64,000 bases of DNA from Squalus acanthias (taxonomy: Eukaryota): positions 7,440,001 through 7,504,000 of the forward strand of contig CM059432.1 of the NCBI GenBank assembly GCA_030390025.1. The letters run 5' to 3'. Below the pieces are notes generated by a model. That model was not told where the DNA came from. It searched no databases and worked only from the letters and a program-made list of their open reading frames with translations. Numbering within the stretch: position 1 is the first letter of the stretch; each line of letters begins with the position of its first letter. Below are positions 62,979 to 64,000 of the stretch, in pieces. The position numbers were made by a program, and so were the translations under genes.

Positions 62979-63527
62979 ATTTTAACACCTGGTTGCCAGT
63001 GAAGTATAAATGAAAACATTCAACATTTTTGCAGAGCAGGTGAAAGTATCTGATTTTCAACACATGCTCCCCCTTTTCAACTTTGGCACAGTTGGAAGCC
63101 AGTGAACCAGCCAGGCCCCTGCACCTTGAATGGACGTGCCAATTACTTCAAGTTGCCAATCAAAATATTATTTTGCACTTGCTGCGTGAAATATGCAGCT
63201 GGGGCTGTCATTTGGTTGAATGTCAAAGGAATGACTTCACCTATATTTAAACAGCTGTCCATCCCGGTCTGTCAAGACATTTCATCTGAGGAATGCTCTC
63301 CATTTCAGCTTTTTATTATTACTATTAGGTTCAATCTTCCTGAGGTTATTGGAGATGAATTCCAAATATCTACAGTGAGGCCACGGCGCTCTTTAGCTGA
63401 TCACTATTTTACAGTTCGAAATAGTTCCCATTTTAGCATTAAACGGTATTTGTGGTGGGCGGGGGGAGGGGGGGGGCTTTAGGTATTTTATTATTTTCTC
63501 GGTTTGTATTTCTGATATTCTTTCACT

Positions 63528-63782
63528 CCGCCACTGGCGGCTGCGCCTTCAGCTGCCTGGGCCCGAAGCTCTGGAGTCCCCTCCCTAAACCTCTCCGCCT
63601 CTCTCTCCTCCTTTAAATCTCTCCCTAAAACCCACCTCTTTGACCAAGCTTTAAGGCAGCCTGTCCTAATAGCTACTTATGTGACTCGGTGTCAGGTTTT
63701 GTCTGATAATCGCTCCCGTGCAGCGCCTTGGGACGTTTTACTACGTTAAAGGCGCTATATAAATACAAGTTGTTGCTGTTGC
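63528..63782 (+). mobile_element. L2 LINE 3' end
   Basis: Same 3' UTR as the other L2 copies, (GTT)n tail. Confidence 0.8.
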
Positions 63783-64000
63783 TCCGAGTGTAAGCTCCAC
63801 TGTGTATTACATATGCAAAAAATATTCTTGCCCCAAGTAATTTCAAGAAGAATACCGGGACTTGCGAATCACTAGAACATTCTTTTATTCATAATATATT
63901 CTGAATAAACATAAATGTTTTCTCTTACTTTGAACAAAAAAGTAAAGTACTATCCTTTTCAATGATTTCTTTGAATGGAATAGGCTATGGAGCCTCTCAA

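Noticed and set aside
63102..63482. 126-aa ORF in unique sequence
   Set aside because: GTG start, no recognisable domain and no supporting gene structure.

Overview
Eukaryotic (vertebrate) intronic or intergenic DNA made mostly of nested transposable elements. The repeat set (CR1 LINEs, L2, RTE, Penelope-like ends, Deu-domain SINEs, HE1-like V-SINE, PIF/Harbinger and hAT MITEs) points to a cartilaginous fish such as a shark; this is an inference. Nearly all ORFs in the track are LINE fragments or their antisense shadows, and no host protein-coding gene can be identified with confidence. Main points: (1) An apparently full-length CR1 LINE (17710-22366, +) has intact ORFs. Its ORF2 has no AUG before the end of the endonuclease domain and overlaps ORF1 in the -1 frame exactly at an in-phase U_UUA_AAC slippery heptamer, suggesting programmed -1 frameshifting. 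(2) A tRNA-derived (Pol III-type) SINE head and body run straight into a LINE endonuclease ORF with no ORF1, and the sense strand has no T4 terminator. This suggests a tRNA-headed LINE whose deletion derivatives are the local SINEs. (3) Minimal hammerhead ribozyme motifs occur in Penelope-like ends, one in a 102-bp insertion with a 12-bp TSD. (4) A templated inverted insertion has microhomology junctions. (5) There are weak signs of a spliced, possibly non-coding, minus-strand host transcript starting near 59470. Repeat family names come from recognition, not database searches, and most boundaries are approximate.
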